A stretch of DNA of 64,000 bases from the NCBI GenBank assembly GCA_949283375.1, contig CASDSM010000012.1, positions 44,827 to 108,826 of the forward strand. Reading direction: 5' to 3'. Shown here piece after piece: positions 46,218 through 55,346 of this stretch (positions are counted from its first letter, which is position 1; each line of letters opens with the position of its first letter). Origin of the DNA: an uncultured Eubacteriales bacterium. GTDB taxonomy: Bacteria; Bacillota; Clostridia; Oscillospirales; Oscillospiraceae. The notes under the pieces were generated by a model. It was not told where the DNA came from, made no database searches, and saw only the letters and a list, made by a program, of their open reading frames with translations. Both the position numbers and the translations under genes were made by a program.

Positions 46218-47315
46218 TTACTTGCGGGTGATATAGCCCTCCGCGCACAGCAGCTCGGCCAGCAGCACGCCGCCTCCGGCGGCGCCGCGCAGGGTGTTGT
46301 GGCTCAGGCCGACAAACTTGTAGTCATACTGGCTGTCCGGGCGCAGACGGCCCAGAGAGATCGCCATGCCGCCCTCCAGATCGCGCTGCAGGCGGGTCTG
46401 CGGATAGGCGGGGTCCTCAAAGTAGTGCAGGAACTGCTTCGGGGCGGAGGGGAGTTCCAGCTCCTGCGCGCGGCCGCGGAAGGAGGCCCAGGTCTCCCTG
46501 ATCTCCTCGATGGAGGGCTTCTCCATCCCCTCGGGGAAGGAGAAGAAGACGGCGGCCATGTGCCCGTCCGTCACCGGCACGCGCAGGCACTGGCTGGTGA
46601 TGGCGGGGGACTGGGCGTCCACGATCTGTCCGTTCTCCACCGTGCCCCAGAGCTTCATCGGCTCCTGCTCGCTCTTCTCCTCTTCGCCGCCGATGTAGGG
46701 GATGACGTTATCCACCATCTCCGGCCAGGTGGTGAAGTTCTTGCCCGCGCCGGAAATCGCCTGATAGGTGCACACCAGCGCCTTTTCCAGCCCGTACTTC
46801 TCGCGCAGCGGATGTAGGGCGGGCACATAGCTCTGCAGGGAGCAGTTGGACTTGACGGCGATGAAGCCGCGCTCGGTGCCCAGGCGCCTGCGCTGGCTCT
46901 CGATCACCTCGAGGTGCTGCGGGTTGATCTCAGGCACCACCATCGGCACGTCGGGGGTGTGGCGGTGGGCGGAGTTGTTGGAGACAACGGGGCACTCATG
47001 GCGGGCATAGCGCTCCTCCAGGGCGCGGATCTCATCCTTCTTCATATTCACCGCGCAGAAGGTGAAGTCCACCTTCTCGCAGAAGGCGTCGATGTCCGCC
47101 TCGGCGTCCAGAATGACCATGTCCCGGACGCACTCCGGCATGGGCGCGGCCATCAGCCAGCGCTTCCCGGCCACCTCGCCGTAGGTCTTCCCGGCGCTGC
47201 GGGCGCTGGCGGCCAGAGCGGTGATCTCAAACCAGGGGTGACCGGCCAGCAGGGTGATAAAACGCTGACCGACCATGCCGGTGCAGCCGACAACGCCAAC
47301 TTTGTATTTTTCCAT
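46218..47315 (-). CDS. asd: Aspartate-semialdehyde dehydrogenase
   Basis: GVVG.TGMVGQ, SN.S.HR...DVP..VPE.N, NCS, TYQAISGAG, N.IPYI..EE.K, C.RVP...GH, HNT.RGAAG. Confidence 0.95.
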   Translation of the reverse strand: MEKYKVGVVGCTGMVGQRFITLLAGHPWFEITALAASARSAGKTYGEVAGKRWLMAAPMPECVRDMVILDAEADIDAFCEKVDFTFCAVNMKKDEIRALEERYARHECPVVSNNSAHRHTPDVPMVVPEINPQHLEVIESQRRRLGTERGFIAVKSNCSLQSYVPALHPLREKYGLEKALVCTYQAISGAGKNFTTWPEMVDNVIPYIGGEEEKSEQEPMKLWGTVENGQIVDAQSPAITSQCLRVPVTDGHMAAVFFSFPEGMEKPSIEEIRETWASFRGRAQELELPSAPKQFLHYFEDPAYPQTRLQRDLEGGMAISLGRLRPDSQYDYKFVGLSHNTLRGAAGGGVLLAELLCAEGYITRK

Positions 47316-47391
47316 GACTTTCTTCCTCCTAAGCTATGCCGCATCCTCAGCTTATGCGGCCTGTGTCCATGAGTTTCCGAGCGGGACGGGC

Positions 47392-47424
47392 AAAAAAGAA
47401 ATCAGCCGTTGAAAACTGGCTGAT
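47392..47424 (-). terminator. Terminator of the lysine riboswitch expression platform
   Basis: minus strand ATCAGCC...GGCTGAT followed by TTCTTTTTT. Confidence 0.75.
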
Positions 47425-47437
47425 CGTGTACTATAAT
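47409..47437 (+). promoter_or_regulatory. sigmaA promoter on + strand, antisense to lysine riboswitch, pointing to queA
   Basis: TTGAAA-17 nt-TATAAT. Confidence 0.65.
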
Positions 47438-47465
47438 GTGGCATGTGTCTGTCACATCACAATCG

Positions 47466-47643
47466 GCAGATCAGCGCACCACCGGCCCAACGCTCGGTGA
47501 CAGTCGGCAGGCTATTGGCCTGACGCCCAGGCGGTACGGCTCCGACAGCCGGACCCCTTCGGCGGCGCACCCTTTCCTGCTGCGTCTCCGGAGCGACGGG
47601 GCCCTCGGCAGCGGTACTGATGTGAGCCGCACCTCTATTCTGC
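47466..47643 (-). ncRNA. Lysine riboswitch aptamer
   Basis: minus strand AGAGGTGC..AGTA..GAAAGGG..CGCCGAA..CTGGG..AATA..GACTGTCA..TGGTGCGCT; P1 GCAGA/TCTGC; upstream of asd-dapA-dapB. Confidence 0.92.
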
Positions 47644-47655
47644 ATGGTTACAGAC

Positions 47656-47684
47656 ATCATATCACGCCATTTCGGCGTAGTCAA
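47656..47684 (-). promoter_or_regulatory. sigmaA promoter of asd operon
   Basis: minus strand TTGACT-17 nt-TATGAT. Confidence 0.8.
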
Positions 47685-47738
47685 GGATTGCCCGCAAATT
47701 GCGGCGTTCCGATTTCAGATCAGGAAGAGAGCTTTGCC

Positions 47739-48761
47739 ATGAAGACCAGTGATTTTGCATACGACCTGCCCCCGGAGCTGATTGCCCAGACCCCGCTGGA
47801 GCGGCGGGACGCCTCGCGCCTGATGACGCTCGACCGCGCGACGGGCGAGATCGGCCACCGGCATTTTTATGACCTGCCGCAGTTTCTCCGTCCCGGCGAC
47901 TGCCTGGTGCTCAACGACTCGCGCGTGCTCCCCGCCCGCCTGATCGGCCATCGGGAGACCGGCGGCGTCTGCGAGGTGCTGCTGCTCATCGACCGGGGAG
48001 AGAAGACCTGGGAGTGCCTCGTCCGCCCGGGCAGGAAGCTGCGCGCCGGCGCGAAGGTGATCTTCGGCGATGGCGAGCTCACCGCCGAGGTGACCGAGGT
48101 GCTCGAGGGGGGCAACCGCCTGGTCCGCTTTCACTACGACGGGATCTTCCTCGAGACGCTCGAGCGCCTGGGCAGGATGCCGCTGCCGCCCTATATCCGC
48201 GCCGAGCTGGAGGACCAGGAGCGCTATCAGACGGTCTATTCCAGGGTGACCGGCTCCGCCGCCGCCCCGACGGCGGGGCTCCACTTCACCCCGGAGCTGC
48301 TCAGACAGATCGAGCAGATGGGGGTGCGCCTGGCGTGGGTGACGCTCCACGTCGGCCTTGGCACCTTCCGCCCGGTCAAGGCGGAGTGTCTGGAGGAGCA
48401 CGAGATGCACTCGGAGTACTGCGTCATCTCCCCCGAGACGGCAGCAATCGTCAACGAGACGAAGCGGAATGGCGGCCGGGTGATCTGCGTCGGCACCACC
48501 TCCTGCCGGACGGTGGAGAGTTGGGCGGCGGAGGACGGGACGCTGCGCGCCGGCGGCGGCTGGACAAATATCTTCATCTACCCGGGCTACCGCTTCCGGG
48601 TGCTCGACGGGCTGATTACCAACTTCCATCTGCCCGAATCCACCCTCATCATGCTGGTCTCCGCCCTCGCCGGGCGGGAGCAGGTCCTCGCGGCCTACCG
48701 GGAGGCGGTGCGCGAGCGCTACCGCTTCTTCTCCTTTGGCGATGCGATGCTCATCCTGTGA
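47739..48761 (+). CDS. queA: S-adenosylmethionine:tRNA ribosyltransferase-isomerase
   Basis: [63 protein letters not shown]. Confidence 0.97.
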   Translation: MKTSDFAYDLPPELIAQTPLERRDASRLMTLDRATGEIGHRHFYDLPQFLRPGDCLVLNDSRVLPARLIGHRETGGVCEVLLLIDRGEKTWECLVRPGRKLRAGAKVIFGDGELTAEVTEVLEGGNRLVRFHYDGIFLETLERLGRMPLPPYIRAELEDQERYQTVYSRVTGSAAAPTAGLHFTPELLRQIEQMGVRLAWVTLHVGLGTFRPVKAECLEEHEMHSEYCVISPETAAIVNETKRNGGRVICVGTTSCRTVESWAAEDGTLRAGGGWTNIFIYPGYRFRVLDGLITNFHLPESTLIMLVSALAGREQVLAAYREAVRERYRFFSFGDAMLIL

Positions 48762-48786
48762 GCGGGCGGCAATAGGAGGAAACGCG

Positions 48787-49920
48787 ATGTTTGAACTGCT
48801 CAAGACAGAGGGCGCGGCCCGGCGGGGCCGCTTCACCTGCCCGCACGGCGTGGTGGAGACGCCGGTCTTCATGAACGTCGGCACGCAGGCGGCCATCAAG
48901 GGGGCGCTCTCCGCCCGCGACCTGGAGGAGATCGGCTGCCAGATCGAGTTGTCCAACACCTATCATCTCCACGTCCGCCCGGGGGACGAGGTGGTGCGCG
49001 ATCTGGGCGGCCTGCACCGCTTTATGGACTGGCACGGCCCCATCCTCACCGACAGCGGCGGCTTTCAGGTCTTCTCCCTCGCCTCGCTGCGCAATATCAA
49101 GGAGGAGGGGGTCACCTTCCAGAGCCATGTGGACGGCCGCCGCATTTTCATGGGCCCGGAGGAGTCGATGACCATCCAGTCCAACCTCGGCAGCGACATC
49201 GCCATGGCCTTTGACGAGTGCGTGGAAAACCCGTCCACGCACGAATACGTCGAGCGGTCCGTCCAGCGGACCCAGCGCTGGCTGGAGCGGTGCATTGCCA
49301 AACACCGGGCGCTCAACGCCGCCCCCGGCTGCGTCAACCCCGGACAGATGCTCTTTGCGATCAACCAGGGCGGCATCTATCCCGACCTCCGTATCTGGCA
49401 CGCGCGCCAGATCGCCGCGATGGACGGCTATGACGGCGTGGCGATCGGCGGCCTTGCGGTGGGGGAGAGCACCGAGACGATGTATCAGATCCTCGACGCC
49501 GTCGTGCCGGAACTGCCGCAGGACAAGCCGCGCTATCTCATGGGGGTGGGCACTCCGTCCAACCTCATCGAGGGAGTGGCCCGCGGGGTGGACTTCTTCG
49601 ACTGCGTCATGCCCGCCCGCAACGCCCGCCACGGCAAGCTCTACACCTGGGACGGGACGATCAACATCAAAAACGAGAAATACAAGCTCGATGACCGCCC
49701 GATCGAAGAGGGCTGCGGCTGCCCGGCCTGCCGGCGGCACTCGCGCGCCTATCTCCGCCATCTCTTCAAGGCGGATGAGATGCTCGCCATGCGCCTGGCG
49801 GTGACGCACAATCTCTGGTTCTACAACCACCTGATGGAGGCCATCCGCACCGCCCTGGACGAGGGGCGCTTTGCCGCCTTCCGCGCGCAGTATTCCGAGC
49901 GGCTCTCCCGACGGCTCTGA
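48787..49920 (+). CDS. tgt: Queuine tRNA-ribosyltransferase
   Basis: ETPVFM.VGT, NTYHL, TDSGGFQVFSL, D..M.FDEC, QGG, GGL.VGE, RYLMGVG, DCV.P.RNAR, C.C..C, HNL. Confidence 0.97.
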   Translation: MFELLKTEGAARRGRFTCPHGVVETPVFMNVGTQAAIKGALSARDLEEIGCQIELSNTYHLHVRPGDEVVRDLGGLHRFMDWHGPILTDSGGFQVFSLASLRNIKEEGVTFQSHVDGRRIFMGPEESMTIQSNLGSDIAMAFDECVENPSTHEYVERSVQRTQRWLERCIAKHRALNAAPGCVNPGQMLFAINQGGIYPDLRIWHARQIAAMDGYDGVAIGGLAVGESTETMYQILDAVVPELPQDKPRYLMGVGTPSNLIEGVARGVDFFDCVMPARNARHGKLYTWDGTINIKNEKYKLDDRPIEEGCGCPACRRHSRAYLRHLFKADEMLAMRLAVTHNLWFYNHLMEAIRTALDEGRFAAFRAQYSERLSRRL

Positions 49921-49943
49921 GACAGTAAAATTTGGAAATCCCC

Positions 49944-49972
49944 TTGCGTGTCCGCCGCCCATCGGGTATAAT
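49944..49972 (+). promoter_or_regulatory. sigmaA promoter of yajC
   Basis: TTGCGT-17 nt-TATAAT. Confidence 0.7.
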
Positions 49973-50026
49973 AGTCACATTATGTCGGGGATTTCTCCCT
50001 GAGTACATTGGAGGTTCACTGGTACG

Positions 50027-50350
50027 ATGAATGAAATGATTTCTTCAATTGTGATGATCCTGGTCATGGTCGCGATCTTCTACTTCATGCTGATCCGGCC
50101 GGAGAATAAGCGGAAAAAGCAGGCGCAGGAGATGCGCAACAGCCTCGCCGTGGGCGACGAGATCACGACGATCGGCGGCATTGTCGGCACCATCTGTGCC
50201 GTCAAGGCCAACAGCATCGTCATCGAGACGGGCGCGGACCGTGTCCGCCTGGAGTTGATGAAGTGGGCGATCTCCAGCAAGGGCGTCCAGGTCGCCGAGG
50301 ACGAGAAGGCCTCTGAGAGCCAGAAGTCCGCAGACGCGAAGAAAAAGTAA
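50027..50350 (+). CDS. yajC: Preprotein translocase subunit YajC
   Basis: FYFMLIRP..KR.K....M...L..GDE..T.GGI.G. Confidence 0.95.
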   Translation: MNEMISSIVMILVMVAIFYFMLIRPENKRKKQAQEMRNSLAVGDEITTIGGIVGTICAVKANSIVIETGADRVRLELMKWAISSKGVQVAEDEKASESQKSADAKKK

Positions 50351-50419
50351 GCTCCGCTGTTCTCAACAGCGCCCTCCCGGCATATCCTTTCCCAAAAGGA
50401 ACCGGGAGGGCGTTTTGCT

Positions 50420-50824
50420 ATGCATCAGGAACGAACTGTGGGGCGCACCAGAGTGGACTGCATCACGTCTCTGCTGGCGGGCGGGGCGATCGCGGTGGGG
50501 GTCTGTCTGCTGCTGGCCGCCCTGTGCGCCTGGCTGATGGTCTGCGGGGTGCTGGGAGAGGAGTGGGAGGGGCGCATACTGCTCGCCGGACCGTTCCTCG
50601 GGAGTCTGGTAGGCGGGCTCTACGCGATCCTCTGCATACGCGCCCGTCCACTCCTGACGGGGCTGGCGGTGGGTGGTCTCTCGCTCCTGCTCTGGCTGCT
50701 CGCGGGCGCGCTGATCTGGGACGGCGCATCGCCAGCGGAGGGGGCGGCGCAGGCCGCGGCGGCCCTCCTGGGCGGCGGATTGGCCGGGATTTTGGCGGCC
50801 GCGCAGAAAAAGAAGAGAAAGTGA
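50420..50824 (+). CDS. Four-TM membrane protein (TIGR04086-like)
   Basis: four hydrophobic segments; conserved position between yajC and the SCIFF genes in Clostridia. Confidence 0.65.
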   Translation: MHQERTVGRTRVDCITSLLAGGAIAVGVCLLLAALCAWLMVCGVLGEEWEGRILLAGPFLGSLVGGLYAILCIRARPLLTGLAVGGLSLLLWLLAGALIWDGASPAEGAAQAAAALLGGGLAGILAAAQKKKRK

Positions 50825-50853
50825 TTGAAGTGCGGGGGAAAAGATGGTACAAT
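50825..50853 (+). promoter_or_regulatory. sigmaA promoter of scfA
   Basis: TTGAAG-17 nt-TACAAT. Confidence 0.7.
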
Positions 50854-50886
50854 ACCGATAAGAACTCAAAGGAGGAGGGGAATTCT

Positions 50887-51030
50887 GTGAAGCATATCAA
50901 GACGCTGAGCGGCGCCACTCTGAAGAAGAGCGCCTCCTACGGCGGCTGCGGCGAGTGCCAGACCTCTTGCCAGTCCGCCTGCAAGACCTCTTGCACGGTG
51001 GCCAACCAGAAGTGCGAGAGCGCGCAGTAA
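50887..51030 (+). CDS. scfA: SCIFF ranthipeptide precursor (six cysteines in 45 residues)
   Basis: GTG start after GGAGGAGG; KHIKTL...GGCGECQTSCQSACKTSCTVANQKC. Confidence 0.95.
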   Translation: MKHIKTLSGATLKKSASYGGCGECQTSCQSACKTSCTVANQKCESAQ

Positions 51031-51120
51031 GCTGCCCGTCAAGCCCAATCAGGACATTTTGGACACATTGGTGACCTGCCGATGTGTCCATTGTGTTGTA
51101 TCAAAGGAGAAGAACGGATC

Positions 51121-52482
51121 ATGGTACATACCTTTACATCCCTTGGCTGCCGCATCGCGCTGGACGTCAGCAGCGGCGCGGTCCATGTGCTCGACCGCGT
51201 GACCTACGAGGTGCTCCGCCGGGTGGAGCACCTCGACACGCTGCCGGAGACCTGCCCGGAGGAGGTGCGCGCCGCTGTGGACGCCGCAGCGCAGGAGATC
51301 GACGAGGCCTGGGCGGAGCTGAGAGAGCTCCAGGAGCAGGGGCTGCTCTTCGCTCCGGAGGACTACATCAATCCGGAGTGGGCGGTGCTGAAGAATGCGC
51401 CGGTCAAGGCCCTCTGCCTCAATGTGGCCCACGACTGCAACCTGCGCTGCAAATACTGCTTCGCCTCCACCGGAGATTTCGGCACGGGGCGGAAGATCAT
51501 GCCCTTTGAGACGGCCCGGCGCGCGATTGGCTTTGTCATCCAGCGCTCCGGCAAGCGGCGGAACATCGAGGTGGACTTCTTCGGCGGCGAGCCGCTGATG
51601 GCCTGGGATACGGTGGTGCGCACAGTGGAGTACGCCCGCTCTCTGGAGGAGCGGTACAACAAGAAATTCCGCTTCACCATCACCACGAACGGGATGCTGC
51701 TCGACAAGGAGAAGATGGACTACATCAACCGTGAGATGAAAAACTGCGTCCTCTCCCTGGATGGCCGCCGCGAGGTCAATGACGAGCAGCGCCCGGCTGC
51801 GGGCGGACAGGGCAGTTATGACCGCATCGTGCCGCGCTATCAGAAGCTGGTGGCCGGCAGGGGAGACCAGGAGTACTACCTGCGCGGCACCTACACGAAG
51901 AAGCATCCGGACTTCGCCGCCGACGTGATGCACATCGCAGACGAGCTCGGCTTCCGGAACGTCTCTGTTGAGCCGGCCACCGGCAAGCCGGGCGACCCCT
52001 GGGCGATCACGGAGGACGAGCTGGAGGCGGCCAAGGCGGAGTATGACAAGCTGGCCGAGGCGCTGGTCCACCGGCCGGAGATCAACTTCTTCCACTTCTT
52101 TGTTGATCTGGAGCAGGGCCCCTGCGTCATCAAGCGGATGCGCGGCTGCGGGGCGGGCAGCGAGTACGTCGCCATCACCCCGGAGGGGGACATCTATCCC
52201 TGTCACCAGTTTGTCGGCAACGAGGACTTCAAGATGGGCAGCGTCTATGACGGCAGCTTCGACACCGGCCTCGCGGACACCTTCGCTGGCCTGAACATCT
52301 ACACCAAGCCGGACTGCCAGAAGTGCTGGGCGAAGTTCTACTGCTCTGGCGGCTGCGCGGCAGGAGGCTACCAGGCCAACGGAGACCTGAAGAAGCCGTC
52401 CTTTGTCGCCTGCGAGCTGGAGCGCAAGCGCCTGGAGTGCGCCATTGCCATCCGGGCAGTGCGCGCCGGACTGGCGGAGTAA
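51121..52482 (+). CDS. scfB: SCIFF radical SAM/SPASM maturase
   Basis: KALCLNVAHDCNLRCKYCFA, DFFGGEP, SLDG, SPASM CVIKRMRGCG.G, YPCHQFVG, C..CWAKFYCSGGC. Confidence 0.95.
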   Translation: MVHTFTSLGCRIALDVSSGAVHVLDRVTYEVLRRVEHLDTLPETCPEEVRAAVDAAAQEIDEAWAELRELQEQGLLFAPEDYINPEWAVLKNAPVKALCLNVAHDCNLRCKYCFASTGDFGTGRKIMPFETARRAIGFVIQRSGKRRNIEVDFFGGEPLMAWDTVVRTVEYARSLEERYNKKFRFTITTNGMLLDKEKMDYINREMKNCVLSLDGRREVNDEQRPAAGGQGSYDRIVPRYQKLVAGRGDQEYYLRGTYTKKHPDFAADVMHIADELGFRNVSVEPATGKPGDPWAITEDELEAAKAEYDKLAEALVHRPEINFFHFFVDLEQGPCVIKRMRGCGAGSEYVAITPEGDIYPCHQFVGNEDFKMGSVYDGSFDTGLADTFAGLNIYTKPDCQKCWAKFYCSGGCAAGGYQANGDLKKPSFVACELERKRLECAIAIRAVRAGLAE

Positions 52483-52690
52483 AACCACACCCCCGGGGAG
52501 TGCCTTAAGCGGACAGACACCCCTCGGGGGTGTCCTTATACGGACTGTAATCAGCCAAGGGCTGGACCTCACTGCCGCAGGCCGCGCATGCTGGTCTACG
52601 GTATATTTTGTTGTTATGTGTACCAGATGGAGGTATATCTTGTGAAATGCGGCACAATAAGCTGTAATCAAAAAGGCAACCCGTACGCAT

Positions 52691-52715
52691 AGTTTACATA
52701 ACGCAGTTTACATAA
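52691..52715. repeat. Tandem direct repeat AGTTTACATAA x2 (reverse complement of the Firmicute dif XerD arm)
   Basis: copies at 52691-52701 and 52705-52715. Confidence 0.8.
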
Positions 52716-52760
52716 TATTTCGGCATAATAGATAAAAATGGGTGGAAGCGGAAAAAAGTA

Positions 52761-52790
52761 TTGCGTAAACCGCTGCAAAGATGGTATAGT
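52761..52790 (+). promoter_or_regulatory. sigmaA promoter of proC
   Basis: TTGCGT-18 nt-TATAGT. Confidence 0.6.
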
Positions 52791-52850
52791 ATGGTTACGC
52801 CATTCAAAATGGCTGTGCAAACCGGCTTACGTTCGAAGGAGATGGTTCCT

Positions 52851-53651
52851 GTGAGCGGTTTTATGTTAGGTATTATCGGCGCCGGCAATATGGGGAGCGC
52901 CATCCTGCAAGGGGGCTTGCAGACGGGTATTATGTTGCCGGAGCAGGTCTGGCTGGCCAATCCGCATTTGGAGAAGACGGCACCGTTTGGTGAAATGGGA
53001 GTGAATACTACCACCTCCAATGTGGAGACCGCCCGGAAGGCTGATATTCTCCTCCTGGCGGTCAAGCCGCAGATGCTCCCCGCCGTTCTGGAGGAGATCT
53101 CACCCTGCACGGCGGGCAAGTGCGTCGTCTCCATCGCGGCCGGCATCTCGCGCCGCTGGCTGCGCGGCCAGCTCCCGGAGGCACAGGTCGTCTGCGCCAT
53201 GCCGAACACGCCGCTGATGCTCGGCTGCGGCGCGACGGCGCTGACCGAGCCGGACGGCGTCCCAGAGGAGGCGTACCGCTTCGTTCACCGCCTCTTCTCC
53301 GCTGCCGGTCTCGTGTGCATCCTCCCGGAGGAGCAGATGAACGCGATCATCCCGGTGAGCGGTTCCAGCCCGGCCTTTTTCTTCCGGATGGCCCGCCTGA
53401 TGGTGGACGCCGCGGCCCGCTCCGGGATCGACCGGACGACCGCGCTGGAGATGGCTGCCAAGACGATGGAGGGTGCGGCCCGTATGCTCCAGTCCAGCGG
53501 CAGGACGGCGGAGGAGCTGGAGCGGCAGGTCTGCTCTCCTGGTGGGACGACGCTGGCGGCACTCACCGCCTTCGACGAGCTGCACTTTGATGAGATGATG
53601 GATCTCGCCTTCGAGCGCTGCATCCGCCGCGCGGAGGAGCTGGGCCGCTGA
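52851..53651 (+). CDS. proC: Pyrroline-5-carboxylate reductase
   Basis: GIIGAGNMG, LAVKPQ, S.AAG, MPNTP, SGSSPA.F, V.SPGGTT; GTG 9 nt after AAGGAG. Confidence 0.95.
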   Translation: MSGFMLGIIGAGNMGSAILQGGLQTGIMLPEQVWLANPHLEKTAPFGEMGVNTTTSNVETARKADILLLAVKPQMLPAVLEEISPCTAGKCVVSIAAGISRRWLRGQLPEAQVVCAMPNTPLMLGCGATALTEPDGVPEEAYRFVHRLFSAAGLVCILPEEQMNAIIPVSGSSPAFFFRMARLMVDAAARSGIDRTTALEMAAKTMEGAARMLQSSGRTAEELERQVCSPGGTTLAALTAFDELHFDEMMDLAFERCIRRAEELGR

Positions 53652-53680
53652 GTCTAACCCCGGCCCGTCCCGCATAGAGT
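53652..53680 (+). promoter_or_regulatory. Candidate sigmaE promoter of spoIIM
   Basis: GTCTAAC-14 nt-CATAGAGT. Confidence 0.5.
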
Positions 53681-53702
53681 GGGACGGGAGGTGAGACGGC
53701 GG

Positions 53703-54308
53703 TTGACCAGATCCAGGAACCGTTTTCGCGTGTGGGCGCTCTCGCCCTCTGCGGAGCTTTGGCCGTGGCTGTTGCTCCCGGCGGCATTTCTGGCCGGCGG
53801 CCTTGCGGGCCACCTTCTGGCGGGCGTCAGTGTGCGCGCGCTGTCGGAGGTGCTGGCGCAGTACGCTGCGCGGGCGGCCGGCGGGCGGGGTACGCCCCCG
53901 GCGCTGTGGCAGGTGCTCTGGCAGACGGTTCGGGAGCCGCTCCTCGCCCTGCTCTTCGGGTGCAGCGCGATGGGGGTCGTCGCTCTGCCGGGGCTGCTGG
54001 CGGCGCAGGGCTTTCTGATGGCCTATGCCGCGTCGGCCCTGATTCGGACGTGGGGCGCGCGCGGACTGCTGGCCGCCGTGCTCTGGACCGGGGTGGGAAA
54101 TCTGCTTCGCCTGGCGGTGGTGCTCCTCATCGCGCTTCCGGGCTGGCTCAGAGCATGGGAGCTGGCCACTGATGCCCGCGTGGAGCGCAGGCTTCCGCCG
54201 GGCGAGGGAAGGCGCAGACTGCTGTTCTGCCTGGGCGGACTGCTCGCGGCGGCGGCCTATGAATATATCTGCTGGGCCTGGCTGACGCCGGCCATCTGGT
54301 CCGGCTGA
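53703..54308 (+). CDS. spoIIM: Stage II sporulation protein M-like membrane protein
   Basis: polytopic hydrophobic ORF, G...P......GF...Y pattern, immediately upstream of xerD; TTG start after GGGAGGTG. Confidence 0.65.
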   Translation: MTRSRNRFRVWALSPSAELWPWLLLPAAFLAGGLAGHLLAGVSVRALSEVLAQYAARAAGGRGTPPALWQVLWQTVREPLLALLFGCSAMGVVALPGLLAAQGFLMAYAASALIRTWGARGLLAAVLWTGVGNLLRLAVVLLIALPGWLRAWELATDARVERRLPPGEGRRRLLFCLGGLLAAAAYEYICWAWLTPAIWSG

Positions 54309-54341
54309 CCATGTAAATTTGAGACAGAGAAGGGGATACAT

Positions 54342-55325
54342 ATGCTGCAAGTCAGAAAAGAGAGCGCTCGCCGCGCGCGCAGACCGGCGGCTCCGATTCC
54401 GTTTTCTGAGTACCTGTCTGCGCTGGACCGGTCGAGAAGGCAGGATATGGTGCGCGTGGCAGACGCCTTCCGGACGTACCTGACCACCGAGAAGGGTTCC
54501 TCTGCCAATACGGTCAGCTCCTATCTGCGGGACGTCCAGCAGTTTGAGGACTATCTCGTGGAGCGCCAGCTGGACCTGGCGGAGGTGGAGCAGCAGGATG
54601 TGCAGGACTATGCCCAGTGGCTCACCGCGCGCGGAAAGTCTGCCGCGACGGTGACGCGCGCGCTGGCCTCGCTGAAATGTCTGTTCCACTGGCTGATGGA
54701 GCGGGGAGAGCGCAAGTCCAATCCGGTCCTTGGCGTCAAGACGGCGCGGGTGGAGCGCAAGCTGCCCAAGATCCTCTCCGGCAAGGAGGTCGAGCTGCTG
54801 CTCGACCAGCCTCAGTGCGTGGATGCGAAGGGGTATCGCGATCATGCGATGCTCGAGCTGCTCTACGCCACGGGAATCCGGGTCAGCGAGCTGATCGGTC
54901 TGAATGTGGAGGACGTCTACCTCTCCGCCGGCTTCATCCGCTGCGAGAGCAGGGAGCGCTCGCGCATCATCCCGATGTATCCCAAGGCGCTCAAGGCTCT
55001 GTCGGACTATCTGCGCGACGTGCGCCCGCAGATGGCGGTGGCGGGGGAAGAGGCGCTCTTTGTCAATGTGAACGGCACCCGCATGAGCCGTCAGGGCTTC
55101 TGGAAGATCATCAAGCACTACGGGGAGAAGGCGGGGATCCAGACGGAGATCACCCCGCACACCCTCCGCCACTCCTTTGCGGCCCACCTGCTGGAAAACG
55201 GCGCGGATATCCACGCGATCCAGGAGATGCTGGGCCACGCGGATATCTCCTCCACCCAGGTCTATGCCCGGCTGGTGAATCAGCACCTCAAAGACGTCTA
55301 CACCAAGGCGCATCCCAGAGCATAA
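54342..55325 (+). CDS. xerD: Tyrosine recombinase XerD
   Basis: E.G.S.NT..SY..D, KLP..LS, RD.AMLELLYATG.RVSEL, RQGFW, TPHTLRHSFA.HLLENGAD, LGH..ISSTQ.Y; alternative start 54447. Confidence 0.92.
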   Translation: MLQVRKESARRARRPAAPIPFSEYLSALDRSRRQDMVRVADAFRTYLTTEKGSSANTVSSYLRDVQQFEDYLVERQLDLAEVEQQDVQDYAQWLTARGKSAATVTRALASLKCLFHWLMERGERKSNPVLGVKTARVERKLPKILSGKEVELLLDQPQCVDAKGYRDHAMLELLYATGIRVSELIGLNVEDVYLSAGFIRCESRERSRIIPMYPKALKALSDYLRDVRPQMAVAGEEALFVNVNGTRMSRQGFWKIIKHYGEKAGIQTEITPHTLRHSFAAHLLENGADIHAIQEMLGHADISSTQVYARLVNQHLKDVYTKAHPRA

Positions 55326-55346
55326 GAGTTCTATAGATACATATAC

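Noticed and set aside
52483-52692. 69 stop-free codons in frame after the scfB stop, suggesting read-through
   Set aside because: The stop is TAA, there is no recoding signal, and an open stretch of this length is plausible by chance.
52483-52730. Short repeats as a CRISPR array
   Set aside because: Repeats are 7-11 bp with only two copies each, no regular spacers and no cas genes.
54342-55325. Tyrosine recombinase as a prophage/ICE integrase
   Set aside because: Sequence and spoIIM-xerD context match chromosomal XerD; no cargo genes nearby.
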